From Candidatus Latescibacterota bacterium (lineage in GTDB: Bacteria; Latescibacterota; UBA2968; GCA-2709665): a stretch of 64,000 bases of DNA. Shown here one piece after another: positions 54,531-64,000 of the stretch (the first letter of the stretch is position 1; the number at the start of each line of letters is the position of its first letter). Where the stretch lies: contig OZ242358.1 in NCBI GenBank assembly GCA_965208835.1, forward strand, positions 704,001-768,000, given 5' to 3'. The notes under the pieces were generated by a model, which worked only from the letters and a program-made list of their open reading frames with translations, was not told where the DNA came from and made no database searches. The position numbers were made by a program, and so were the translations under genes.

Positions 54531-55858
54531 TCGGAATCTACGCGCTGTACCGTTTGCTCTGGCGTCGGGCGATTCTTGCATTCTACGTGATATTTGCCGG
54601 GCTGATTGTGGGGTTGCTCTGGGCCGCGGGCACGCGACTCCCCGCCCTGTCAGAACCGGGACGCCTCATTCTGGTCACGATGGCCCTACCATCGATCGCC
54701 GGAGTCTTTGTCGGCCAGAGTGTGGGCGAGATCCAGCACACGCCGCTTTCCTGGTCGCTTCCCCGCCTTCACAGGCTGCTCTTTTCATCGGTATGTATCA
54801 CGGGAATCGGGCTCGCCGCCCTGACAACCTGGGCTTACCATTGGATGGGTGGCCTCGCCCCCGCAATCCCGATTCTTGCCTCGGTCTTCCTGTGGTACAG
54901 CCTGGCAATTGCTATCGGGACCTACGAATTCGTCGATGCCCGATCGCTCCGGTACCGCAGTTCAGTTGTCACCTATATTACGATTCTCATTACTATATTC
55001 GGCGTCCTCTCGATCAATCGAATCACCGATTATTACACAGCCCAACCGGTCCTTTGTACGCTTGTTACGCTGCTTGTCGCGATACTCTACCTGAAACGCA
55101 CACTCGCTGTCGGAGTCACCAGAGACAAATCGCTCGTCTCGATGCCGGTGTTCCATCGGTACACGTTCGGACCTCGTCAGACGGCGCGGATGACCGCACG
55201 GCGAGACTCCAGGCGGAAATGGAATCGCGCGGCTCCGCTCACCGGCCTGAACAGCTGGATCCGGGCCGCTGAATATGAGAATTACGGTATCGCACGGGCG
55301 GGATGGCTGGGCAGCGCGTTCCTGTACTCAACTGTCATTCTGTCTATCGTGGCGGTCCTTATTCAGTTATTCGGCCAGGCAGAAGCCGTTATCGTTCCAA
55401 TCACCCTGGGTCTTTGGATGCTGCAACTGTCTTTGTACGTGAAAACCGGATGGCTCTATCCTCTTTCGAGACTTGAACTGGCGAGGCTCACGTACTGGTG
55501 TAGCCTTCTACATAACGCTCTACATTGCGGGATCATGTTATTGACGTTTCTTCTGCTGGATGGCCTGACCGGAATCTTCGCCGGGCTGGACCTCGCGCGT
55601 CCGGTCCTGCTGATGTTCATCTGCAATCCGGTAATTCAATGGGTCCGCTTTCGGAACGAACAGTTCAAAGTTTCTTCATATGTAATTCTGGCGGTTTTTA
55701 TAATCGGCTATTCGATATTGATTACGATATGGCTCGAATTGGGCCCCAACATCCCTTTCGTCTACGAGGCCGCTGCGGCTGTAGGTCTCATCCTCCTGTC
55801 CCAAGCCCTCTTCCGTTACAAAGTGAACAGGTATTTCAGGAGGGGCGATCTCGTCTGA
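54527..55858 (+). CDS. Multi-pass membrane protein, probable ABC exporter permease 1
   Basis: About 12 TMs, overlaps the ATPase stop. IRAAEYENYG, LYPLSR, C-terminus LFRYKVNRYFRRGDLV. Confidence 0.78.
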   Translation: MIGIYALYRLLWRRAILAFYVIFAGLIVGLLWAAGTRLPALSEPGRLILVTMALPSIAGVFVGQSVGEIQHTPLSWSLPRLHRLLFSSVCITGIGLAALTTWAYHWMGGLAPAIPILASVFLWYSLAIAIGTYEFVDARSLRYRSSVVTYITILITIFGVLSINRITDYYTAQPVLCTLVTLLVAILYLKRTLAVGVTRDKSLVSMPVFHRYTFGPRQTARMTARRDSRRKWNRAAPLTGLNSWIRAAEYENYGIARAGWLGSAFLYSTVILSIVAVLIQLFGQAEAVIVPITLGLWMLQLSLYVKTGWLYPLSRLELARLTYWCSLLHNALHCGIMLLTFLLLDGLTGIFAGLDLARPVLLMFICNPVIQWVRFRNEQFKVSSYVILAVFIIGYSILITIWLELGPNIPFVYEAAAAVGLILLSQALFRYKVNRYFRRGDLV

Positions 55859-55894
55859 TCCGCGTTATTGCGCTTTATTAAAGGAGACCATTAC

Positions 55895-57361
55895 ATGGGA
55901 TTTGACGCGCTGTTCCGATTGCTCTCCTGGCGATCAGGCGTCTTTTTGGCGCTTTATTTAATATTCACTGTATGTTTCGTGTTGTTCTTTTATGCAGATG
56001 AGCGTTTTCCGGGAACGCCAAGACCAGGTCGGCTTAACTTTTTTGCCCTGTTCATTTCAGCATTTGTGGGCAGTTTTCTGGGTGGAGTTGTAGCAGGTAT
56101 CCGACGATGTTGGTTTTCGTGGACGCTTCCTAACCTTGGCAGGCGAATTCTCACCCCGCTGTTATTGTCGGCTATCATCACCGCCTTTCTTGTTGCTTGG
56201 CTTTACAAACGGCTCGGTGGCTCGGCACCTTGGCTCCCGGTTATTACGTTTGATCTCCTCTGGTTCAGTCTAGGTTTTGTTCACGGCTGGTACTTTTGGG
56301 GGATGTTCGGCACGCTCAAAAGCAATGTCCTCCAAACGTCGGTCTTCCACATTCGACCGTTCGGATTTATGATCCTCACTCTATCTGTACTCGTTTTTGC
56401 GAGTTTCGCGATCAACCGAATTGCTGACTTTTCCAGTTCCCAGCCAGTTTACTGTGTCATCCTGTCGATGCTGGCTGCTTGGCTATTACTGCGACACGTC
56501 CTTGGCCACCACGCTGCGAAGTTGATTGCGCTCTTCCCCGCACGTGACGTCAATGGATTCACCGGGGGTCTCACCGTCGCGGCTCCCATGACGTTGAATA
56601 GAATGTCCGTTCGGAAATCGCAGGAAAGGCGTCCGTTTACTGGTATTTTCAACATGATTCGAGCCGGCGAATATGAAAACCTCGGTATGGTGCGAGGAGG
56701 CTGGCCGGTCATTGCCGTCGGACTATCGGTTGTTGCTGTGCTGTGTGTGGTCATTCTGGCATACTACAAGGGATTCGAAAGGGGATCTCACGAAGCCGGG
56801 GTTCAGTTTGTCCACCACGCGATATTCGATCCTGCTTCCAAGAAGAATATGACCGTACTCGTATCGATTTTTCCAGCGATGATTGTCTCATTCCATTCCT
56901 TACTCGGAACGACGTTCCTCAAGGGTAATCTGCTTTATCCGCTTACCCGAATCCAGATTGCAAAAATCGCGTTCTGGGGCAGCTTATTTCACAACGCTGT
57001 TTTCTGTGTAATCCTGCTACTCACCTCTTGTCTTGCAGGAAGTCTAGCGTGGTTTTTCGCGGAATATGAATCTCCATACAAGCTTGTCCCCGAAATTATC
57101 CGGCCTCTTACACTGATGTTTGCCTTCAGCCCGTTCCTTTCGTGGATTCGCCTGCGATTTGGTCTGAGTCTGATGTCGTTTTGGGGAGGAGTTTTCCCCT
57201 TTACGTTTGGCGTTGGGATCCTGGGCATCTTGTGGCTTGAAACAGGTACTGGCATATCCAGTATCTATGAGATCCTCGGATGCACGGCTCTCATCCTCCT
57301 CTCCCAATGCCTCTTTCGTTACAAAGTGAACAGGTATTTCAAGACTGGCGATCTCGTCTGA
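55895..57361 (+). CDS. Multi-pass membrane protein, probable ABC exporter permease 2 (paralog, lower GC)
   Basis: RBS AAGGAG. IRAGEYENLG, LYPLTR, C-terminus LFRYKVNRYFKTGDLV. Confidence 0.78.
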   Translation: MGFDALFRLLSWRSGVFLALYLIFTVCFVLFFYADERFPGTPRPGRLNFFALFISAFVGSFLGGVVAGIRRCWFSWTLPNLGRRILTPLLLSAIITAFLVAWLYKRLGGSAPWLPVITFDLLWFSLGFVHGWYFWGMFGTLKSNVLQTSVFHIRPFGFMILTLSVLVFASFAINRIADFSSSQPVYCVILSMLAAWLLLRHVLGHHAAKLIALFPARDVNGFTGGLTVAAPMTLNRMSVRKSQERRPFTGIFNMIRAGEYENLGMVRGGWPVIAVGLSVVAVLCVVILAYYKGFERGSHEAGVQFVHHAIFDPASKKNMTVLVSIFPAMIVSFHSLLGTTFLKGNLLYPLTRIQIAKIAFWGSLFHNAVFCVILLLTSCLAGSLAWFFAEYESPYKLVPEIIRPLTLMFAFSPFLSWIRLRFGLSLMSFWGGVFPFTFGVGILGILWLETGTGISSIYEILGCTALILLSQCLFRYKVNRYFKTGDLV

Positions 57362-57397
57362 TCTTTCGTGTCCTGGCGGGATTGACTGATTGGCCGC

Positions 57398-60300
57398 CTA
57401 AGGCAGCGCCTCGAATTCACTCCAGACCGCGCCTGCCTTTCCCTCCTCGAGGCTGGTGGCCGGCAGGAGGAAGAACAGCGCCTCGATCCGCTCCCCGGCC
57501 TTCATCCACCTGTCCAGGTTGCCCAGCAGGAAGCATCCGACCTCGCCCAGGGCGAACCCGGCGGCGCGCGCCCCCTCCCCGGCCGCGCTCAGGAACAACG
57601 CCTCTCCATTCTTCCCGACGATCCCTCCCCAGTTCCAATTGCCGCCGCTGGTCCAGTGGGGCGCCGCAAGCGTAGAGACTGACGCTTCGGTTGCGTTATA
57701 AAAGGTCGCGGTGCCGGGTGACGCGGCGAACGCGGGCCAGACGCCGAAGCCCAGATCCCCGTCGGCGCCGACCCCAAGATCGTCGCGGCAGGTCACGCGA
57801 ATGGCCAGAACGTCCGCGCCGGGCGCGAGCAGGTATTCCCACGCGATGGACTGTCCGCGGGCGTGCTCCTGTGCGATACGGCAGTGGACGCGCACCCCGC
57901 GCCAGACCAGGCCCTGGCGACCCTTCCTTTCGATCACCCGGTACCGGAACCGCTCCTTGTAGAGCGTATCCTCGAGCCGGTCGTATTCGGGCGAAACGCC
58001 GCCGTACCACGGATTCATCCAGGCACGGGGTTCAGCGTCGGGGTACGGACAGTTGAGATACTCCCTGCCGTCGCGCCTGAGAGAAATCACGGTTCCCATG
58101 AAAGGAGGCGCGACTTTCACGGTCAATATCCCGTTGTCGACCGCAATGATGCGGCCCTTTTCCTGTCGCGATACCGAAACCGCCCGCGCGTTGGCGGGCA
58201 GGACCAGCGCCTTCTCCGAAAACCGGTAGACCGCCTCCTCGGTCTCGAAACGAACACTGATGTCCTCGACGCCCGGCCGGACCCGCGCCGTGGAGCGAAA
58301 GGCCACCTTCCGGACAACCGGATCGGCTTCACGGAGCGCCGAAACATCGACGGCCTTAACGTCTGGGCGCAGACCGTCGGATGCCTCCAGTATGAGTTTG
58401 CCGTCGAGCTTGTGTCTTCCCACGTGATTGAGGCGCAGCGTCGCTTCCACGGGATCTCCCGCCACGACCAGCGGGCGCGGCTCCATACCGCACGCGATCG
58501 GCCTTCGCGTGGACGCTGCGGACGTTTCGACCTCCGGAACGCTGCCGAACAGGGTCCGCCACCAGGCCCGGACCGTCTGCCAGTTCCCGTCTCCGACAAT
58601 GGCGTTGACAGGGTCGAGCGATTGAGACTCTCCCGGCTTCACGCGGACGGCTCGCGTTCGAAGACTGCCCCACGGGCCGGGGCTCACCCGCTCGGCCCGG
58701 TCCCACAGAATGCCGGTGATACAGCCATCGTCTTTCTCCACGCAGAACCATCCTTCGGGCCAGGCCGACGCTTCTTCCGAAAGCCTGAGGTCGTCCAGGT
58801 CCCGTCCTCCCGAACCGAACGCCTGCCGGGACACCCCTGGCTTCCCCGGCACGACCAGGGACGCGGTGCGGCCCATTCGCATCCACCAGCTTTGCGACAC
58901 CGAAAGGTCCAGCGGCAGGGAACTTCCGTTGATTACGGTATCCAGCACCCTGACCAGCGGGCCCTGTCCAACCAGGACGCTTCTTTCCAGCAACACGCCC
59001 GGTCGAGTCACTGAAGGCGTGTGCAGGCGGAGTACGACCCCGGCGCCGTCCCGCTCGACCCGCGCCTCGGCCTTCTCCTGAAACAGATCGCCACCGGCAA
59101 AGGGCGGGCCGAGGCCCGGGGCCTGCAGCTTCAGCCGGCGGGACCTCAGCGCCCGGAGCGAGTGAAAGATGTATATCTCGCCGCTGCGCAAATCGGCGTT
59201 GACCATCAGTCCGCCGCCGCACAGCAGGGCGTTCCGCTCTCCGACACATCCCGACACGCCGCCCGGCTCAACGGCCAGCAGGTCGAGGCGCCTGGTCTTG
59301 ACAGGAATTCCCTCGCTGTCCACCACCGCGGTGGTCTGGACGTCAATCGCAACAGGCCCTGCCCGCGGGGCCGTTACCGGCACCGTCAGCTCGGCCCCGC
59401 CCTTCGGATCGAGCGTAACCTCCCGCTCGCCGGCGTTGACATCCACGCCGCCCACGGGCATGACCCGGAGTTTCGCAGTACACGCCTCGTCCAGGTTGGA
59501 ACGCAGGGTCAGCGTGGCTTGCTCCGGCTTGCCCGGCGGTAGGATGGAGCGGGGGGCATCGACCGAAACGTCCACGGCCTGGCGTACATCGATCCCCGCC
59601 GCGAGTTCGATCCCCACCCCGTCGATCACCAGGTCGGTCCGTAGAACCGCCGCTTTGGGTTCGCGCGACTTCTCCTGGATGTTGGGATCGATGACGAACG
59701 TGCCCTCGATTTCGGTGGTGTCCGCGACGTCCATCGCCTCGCGTTTTTCGACCTTGATCCCGAGATCGCCCGAGGCGGCGAGAAAGACGCGCGTCGGGTG
59801 CGGCTTCTTGTTGACGATACGCCAGCGGACAGCGTGGGGGACGCCCGAAACCAACTTCTCGTCGGGAAGGCTGCACGACACCGTCAGGTCGTTGTTCTCG
59901 AGCTCAATGATCCCCCAGCTCTGGCGGTCGAACACCAGCCTGAGCAGATCGCCGTCCGGGGCGCGCCAGAGGTATTCGTAAACCTTCACCCTGCCCCGCG
60001 TCATCACGTCCTCTTCGGCCTTGAGTTCGCGCACCTGGGTTTCGTACCAATCGTGCCTGGCAAAGAACGCGGCGGCGAGCGGGTGCCGGCGGGCGGCGGG
60101 CGTAAAATTCTCCATGTGCACGGACGAGTCCGGCCGCCACATGAAGCCCATCTTCTTGTACAGGGGAACCGCCTGCAGGTTCCCCGGCCACGTGTACAGG
60201 TCGACCCGCTGATAGCCCGTCTCGTACGCGCGTTCCAAAGCGCCCCACAGCGCCGATTTTCCGTGCTTCTTCCCGTGGTAATTCGGGTGGCAGTTGAGGT

Positions 60301-60565
60301 GCGGAATGAACGCCTGCGCCTTCTGTCCCGGCGTGGCTCTTATCGTGCACAGGCTGATAATGCGCTCTTCATTCTCCGTGACGATCGCCCCCAGCAGATT
60401 GCTCTCCCGGATTTTTCGCTCCTGCTCCTCGGCCGTGGTCTGCCATCCGCCGCCGCCCGGCCAGCCCACGTCCGCTTCCATCTCGAGCGTGGCGAGCTTC
60501 CGGGCGTCGCCTTCCCGCCAATCCTCGACGAGATTTCTGGTTTTGTGCAGCAAAGGCCCCTCCAA
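57398..60565 (-). CDS. Large GNAT family N-acetyltransferase with beta-rich C-terminal domains
   Basis: LNCHPNYHGKKHGK (motif A), LYTWPGNLQAVPLYKKMGF (motif B), followed by about 850 aa of beta-rich sequence. TTG start is uncertain. Confidence 0.8.
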   Translation of the reverse strand: MEGPLLHKTRNLVEDWREGDARKLATLEMEADVGWPGGGGWQTTAEEQERKIRESNLLGAIVTENEERIISLCTIRATPGQKAQAFIPHLNCHPNYHGKKHGKSALWGALERAYETGYQRVDLYTWPGNLQAVPLYKKMGFMWRPDSSVHMENFTPAARRHPLAAAFFARHDWYETQVRELKAEEDVMTRGRVKVYEYLWRAPDGDLLRLVFDRQSWGIIELENNDLTVSCSLPDEKLVSGVPHAVRWRIVNKKPHPTRVFLAASGDLGIKVEKREAMDVADTTEIEGTFVIDPNIQEKSREPKAAVLRTDLVIDGVGIELAAGIDVRQAVDVSVDAPRSILPPGKPEQATLTLRSNLDEACTAKLRVMPVGGVDVNAGEREVTLDPKGGAELTVPVTAPRAGPVAIDVQTTAVVDSEGIPVKTRRLDLLAVEPGGVSGCVGERNALLCGGGLMVNADLRSGEIYIFHSLRALRSRRLKLQAPGLGPPFAGGDLFQEKAEARVERDGAGVVLRLHTPSVTRPGVLLERSVLVGQGPLVRVLDTVINGSSLPLDLSVSQSWWMRMGRTASLVVPGKPGVSRQAFGSGGRDLDDLRLSEEASAWPEGWFCVEKDDGCITGILWDRAERVSPGPWGSLRTRAVRVKPGESQSLDPVNAIVGDGNWQTVRAWWRTLFGSVPEVETSAASTRRPIACGMEPRPLVVAGDPVEATLRLNHVGRHKLDGKLILEASDGLRPDVKAVDVSALREADPVVRKVAFRSTARVRPGVEDISVRFETEEAVYRFSEKALVLPANARAVSVSRQEKGRIIAVDNGILTVKVAPPFMGTVISLRRDGREYLNCPYPDAEPRAWMNPWYGGVSPEYDRLEDTLYKERFRYRVIERKGRQGLVWRGVRVHCRIAQEHARGQSIAWEYLLAPGADVLAIRVTCRDDLGVGADGDLGFGVWPAFAASPGTATFYNATEASVSTLAAPHWTSGGNWNWGGIVGKNGEALFLSAAGEGARAAGFALGEVGCFLLGNLDRWMKAGERIEALFFLLPATSLEEGKAGAVWSEFEALP

Positions 60566-60622
60566 CCCAATCAGATTTGAATATTATTGAATATAACTTC
60601 CGAAAAACACATGCGACGGAGT

Positions 60623-62998
60623 TCAACAGGCAGTCTGGCCGGTATACAGGTCCTTCACGGTAACGATGAGCTTGTGGAAACCGGCGGGGGCGTTTGTCGC
60701 GTCGATCTGCAGAAAGGTGAAGTCATTCTTCTGATTTCCCCGGTATTGCGCCGTGACCGTCGTCTCGGTGCCGTCTCGCGTGCGGGGGGTATCCTCGATC
60801 TCTTCGGAGATCCTGTTTCGTTCCGGCAGGATGTATTTGACGCGATAACTCACGGTTTCTTCAGCTTCATCCCGCCAGAGGTCTTCCATGCTCTCGATGA
60901 TCGCTTCCTCCACGATGGTCTGGATTTCCACCGCGGCGCCCGCGCCCGGGGCATCGGTGGCAGCGAACCGCTCAGGCCGGATTTCCTCGCGTTCCGGCCG
61001 GGTCAGCCGGTAGGAAATCCGGTTTTTGGTCCCGCCGAACCGGTCTTTTTTCAGATTGTATATCTCCAGGTAGATAAACACCGGCTCGGACCTGCCGTAG
61101 GTATGTATGGGATTCGGCGTGACGCGAAGGTCCTCGCGACCCTCGGGAAACGCCGTTTTTGGCTGGATCCCGGACGCCAGCAGCAGATCGCTCATGGCCA
61201 GTGACGAATCCGCTGCGTCAAATGTCCGGTATTCGCGAAACGTACCGATAGAACCAGTGCCGCGGTCCCGGACCTCGACGACGAGCCGGTGCTGTCGAGG
61301 AGCGACCCGCAAAGTCCGATAGGACGCGACGTGGCTGCGCCGCAGGCTGTCGCTCTTTGAATCAACCGCCTCGTCGAAAACCGGCCATTGCATTGCGACG
61401 TCCATTTTCCTTCGGTAGACCTGGTCCCATTGTTCGTCGAACAGAAACACGCCATCCTCGAGATCCACAAATCCGTTCGGTTCGGATAAACGGACCCTAT
61501 CCTTTGGAATCGCGTAGGCGAATTCAACGCGAATACTGTCGCGCTCCTGAAAGGCCGCGACCTGGTGGGGCATCTGATATTTCTTTTCGCGATACGGATC
61601 GATATATCGCTGCGGCGTGTCTCGATATATATGCCTGGCAGGAGGCACATGGAGTTCCTGTAGCGTTCTTTGCTTCCGCCGTGCGTAGTGATCTCCCAGA
61701 TCCGGTCTCCATTGTGTGATGTAATACCTATCCCTATCGTCTATTACTTCCAAACTCACAGTCTGTTGTCTCGTACTCCGCCCCGGTGGGTCCGTCCCCA
61801 ACGCAAACCGCCATCCGTCCAACCGGTCGTCGCTCGCGAAAGAGATACTGAAGTCCTCATAGAGCCACGTGTTTTTCCAACCCGTGGAACCTCGGTAGAT
61901 ACGCCGTTTAAGATGGGGACCAAACTTGATGAATGCCTTGCCCTGATCGGTCTGCCATCCGGCAATTTCCTTGAAGGGTCGGCTGAACCTGTGGTTGGCG
62001 TATGCAACCCTGCCGCAATGCTCCATCTTTCTCTCGTTGAACGCCGTCAGAAACAGCGGATCATGGCTGCGCCAGAAACGGCCACGTCCGCCGTTCGTTC
62101 GATCCTCGACGCCGGTGTCACCGTACCGAACCGCCCGCGCCATCCGTGTCCGTTCCTCTTCCGAAGCGACCATCTCCACCGACTCCATTCGGGACCGCTC
62201 CTCAGCGGTCATTCGCTCAAGCGCTCGCTTGTAGTAGCTGTGCGCGACGTCCATTTCACCCAATATCTGATAACCCAGGCCACAGAACAGAAGCGCGTCC
62301 TTGTCCTCCGGCGCCCGATCCAGAAGACGCTTGAAGAGCAGGATCATCGCTTCCGGGTGCCCGATCTCAACGTGAAGGAGACCGAGCAGGTTATACGTGC
62401 CTCGAAACCCTGGGTTCGCGTCAATTCCGCGTTGAAAGTGGGCCTTTGCCTGATCGAGATCCCGCGCGGCAAGATGGTTCCATTTGTCGCTATCGATGTA
62501 GGACAGATACTCCTGCACCGCGAAATATCCTGCCCAGTATGCCGCCTCCGCGGTCTCCGGCTCAGCGTGCAGCAGTTTTTCATAGTGACGCACGGCATGC
62601 CACCAGAACCCCTGCCTGCTGAGCAGTTCGCCCAACGTCAAATGATAGTCTTTATTCTCCGGGTCGAGGCGCATGGCCTCATCAAGCGCTTTGCGGGCGC
62701 TCTGGCGGGTGAGCGGCGTGTTCAATTCCATATAAAGCTTTGCGATCTCATAGAGCGCGGGCGCGAATTTCCAGTTTAGCTTCAAGACCTGCTCGAACGC
62801 CCTGATACTCGCCTCTGGAGGCACTTTGCCGACCTGCGCCAGCGCCTCGCGATACAGCGAATCCCGTCGCGCGTCGTTTGGACCGGCGCGCACGTCGGCT
62901 GTCGCGAGAAGCACCACTGCCATGACGACCAGACCGGACATCAGCCTGACCGGCCGACGGGATGTGGCAGAACTCAAAACGCCCATTTGTAATACCAT
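60623..62998 (-). CDS. TPR + GWxTD-domain protein (C-terminus apparently clipped)
   Basis: Signal peptide, TPRs, FWRSHDPLFLT.FNERKMEHCGRVAYANHRF..GWQTDQG.AFIKFGP, MSDLLLA..PNP..IYLEIYNL. Confidence 0.85.
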   Translation of the reverse strand: MVLQMGVLSSATSRRPVRLMSGLVVMAVVLLATADVRAGPNDARRDSLYREALAQVGKVPPEASIRAFEQVLKLNWKFAPALYEIAKLYMELNTPLTRQSARKALDEAMRLDPENKDYHLTLGELLSRQGFWWHAVRHYEKLLHAEPETAEAAYWAGYFAVQEYLSYIDSDKWNHLAARDLDQAKAHFQRGIDANPGFRGTYNLLGLLHVEIGHPEAMILLFKRLLDRAPEDKDALLFCGLGYQILGEMDVAHSYYKRALERMTAEERSRMESVEMVASEEERTRMARAVRYGDTGVEDRTNGGRGRFWRSHDPLFLTAFNERKMEHCGRVAYANHRFSRPFKEIAGWQTDQGKAFIKFGPHLKRRIYRGSTGWKNTWLYEDFSISFASDDRLDGWRFALGTDPPGRSTRQQTVSLEVIDDRDRYYITQWRPDLGDHYARRKQRTLQELHVPPARHIYRDTPQRYIDPYREKKYQMPHQVAAFQERDSIRVEFAYAIPKDRVRLSEPNGFVDLEDGVFLFDEQWDQVYRRKMDVAMQWPVFDEAVDSKSDSLRRSHVASYRTLRVAPRQHRLVVEVRDRGTGSIGTFREYRTFDAADSSLAMSDLLLASGIQPKTAFPEGREDLRVTPNPIHTYGRSEPVFIYLEIYNLKKDRFGGTKNRISYRLTRPEREEIRPERFAATDAPGAGAAVEIQTIVEEAIIESMEDLWRDEAEETVSYRVKYILPERNRISEEIEDTPRTRDGTETTVTAQYRGNQKNDFTFLQIDATNAPAGFHKLIVTVKDLYTGQTAC

Positions 62999-63047
62999 CC
63001 AGTGACATGCAGCGCCATCAGGCGCGTGCGTACGGCCGCTGTCTCCG

Positions 63048-63998
63048 TCACTTCAACACGAACCCGGCATCCTTGGTCACGGTCTCACCACTGTTCAAAT
63101 CCGTGACGGCCACCTGCAGCACCTGCCGTCCCTCGCTATGCTGCCCGAGCTGCAACGCGACGTATTCCACCTCAGTGGAGTCAGTACCGACCTGCTCGGA
63201 TGCCACCTCGACCTCCACCTGCCGGTTTCCCCGCAGCCTCACAAGCCGTGCGATATTGCTGACGTTGGAATTCCCCTTTTCGCCCACGGTATAGGCGACG
63301 CGATATCTTGTCCGTCCGAACGTATCCTTCGTCAGATTATAGATTTCGTAATATACATTGACGCTGTGGCCCTTTCCGTACGTCCGGGTCGGCATTGGCA
63401 CAACGTGCAGGTCTCCCTTGCTGAACTTGCCGACCGCGTTGTCCTCAGTGATCCGCCAGGCCAGTTCCAGATCGCTCATCCGGAGACCGGTCTCAGGGTA
63501 GGCTTCTACCTGGATCATCTGGCGGTACCGCCCGCGCCTGCCGGTGCGTTTGTCCCTGGCCTCCACTTCCATCCTGTAGTGGCCCGGCGGAACGTCCAGC
63601 CGAACCAGGTCCGGAACAAATGCGCCTTCCTGCTGGGTCACGTCTCCGTGGCGCCGGAACAGTACGTCCCCACTCTCGCGGTAAACCTGACCTGTTTCCT
63701 TGTTCAATACGGCGACTGTCCTTTCGACGTCCAGGAACGTCGCGTCCTCAGCCTCCAGGTACTGCGCTGCCTGATGTGGAATCCCTGCATAGATTTCCAG
63801 TGCGGATGCCGTGTCAGCCTGCCCTCGGAAATCCGCCAGATCGTAGTAGAACTCCAGGGGATCTTCGTTCGCTGGCGGCTGGTAGTAGTCGGGGTATCGC
63901 GCCGCCGTTCGCATGCTCACGTTCCGGGGACTCAACCGGTTGAACGCGGCCAGCTTTCGGATGTCAATATCCACGTCGACCGGTGGCGGTGCGAAATC
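63048..63998 (-). CDS. C-terminal part of a GWxTD-family protein (5' end outside the window)
   Basis: Frame is open to the window edge (DFAPPP...). It has the same C-terminal domains as its paralogs: ADFRG, MSDLELA, PMP.RTY, VYYEIYNL.KD.FG.TRY.V.Y. The GWxTD motif itself is not in the window. Confidence 0.78.
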   Translation of the reverse strand, partial: DFAPPPVDVDIDIRKLAAFNRLSPRNVSMRTAARYPDYYQPPANEDPLEFYYDLADFRGQADTASALEIYAGIPHQAAQYLEAEDATFLDVERTVAVLNKETGQVYRESGDVLFRRHGDVTQQEGAFVPDLVRLDVPPGHYRMEVEARDKRTGRRGRYRQMIQVEAYPETGLRMSDLELAWRITEDNAVGKFSKGDLHVVPMPTRTYGKGHSVNVYYEIYNLTKDTFGRTRYRVAYTVGEKGNSNVSNIARLVRLRGNRQVEVEVASEQVGTDSTEVEYVALQLGQHSEGRQVLQVAVTDLNSGETVTKDAGFVLK

Positions 63999-64000
63999 AA

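Noticed and set aside
60584-60625. Selenocysteine or readthrough at the TGA ending the third GWxTD gene
   Set aside because: No SECIS-like hairpin is evident, and the readthrough peptide (TPSHVFFGSYIQ) does not clearly match the paralog ends.
1-64000. tRNA/rRNA genes, transposases, integrases, prophage or defence systems
   Set aside because: None recognised by eye. Covariance-model and HMM searches would be needed to exclude small or divergent ones.

Overview
High-GC (roughly 63-66% by eye) bacterial chromosomal window with no rRNA, tRNA, CRISPR array or recognisable transposase/integrase. The gene repertoire includes several GWxTD proteins, DUF6785/DUF6784-type membrane proteins, PhyH dioxygenases and a eukaryote-type sterol C24-methyltransferase. 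This suggests an uncultured FCB-group organism (Latescibacterota/Handelsmanbacteria- or Gemmatimonadota-like), possibly a sponge symbiont; that placement is inference. Left end (1-8 kb): the C-terminus of a heparinase II-like protein, an ERG6-like sterol methyltransferase, a porin/FMN-binding/membrane protein/ApbE flavinylation operon, a stand-alone rpsD and a PhyH dioxygenase. Centre (8-47.5 kb): a large SusC/D-free locus that looks built for acidic glycan breakdown. It has five paralogous ~1100-1220 aa proteins without signal peptides (RQNH helical lyase-like domain + heparinase II/III-like beta domain + FG-GAP/PQQ-like propeller), one of which is frameshifted. It also has two putatively secreted lyase-like proteins, three paralogous ~660 aa DUF6785-type transporters, a CUT1 sugar ABC transporter, uxuA and a nitrilase-family hydrolase. 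An unusual lipoprotein fusing a LivJ-type substrate-binding domain to an intact Cu/Zn superoxide dismutase interrupts this locus. Right end (47.6-64 kb): four GWxTD-family proteins, an enolase-superfamily enzyme, a YtrA/GntR-ABC operon with two divergent permeases and a large GNAT protein. All family assignments come from motif recognition, not database searches.
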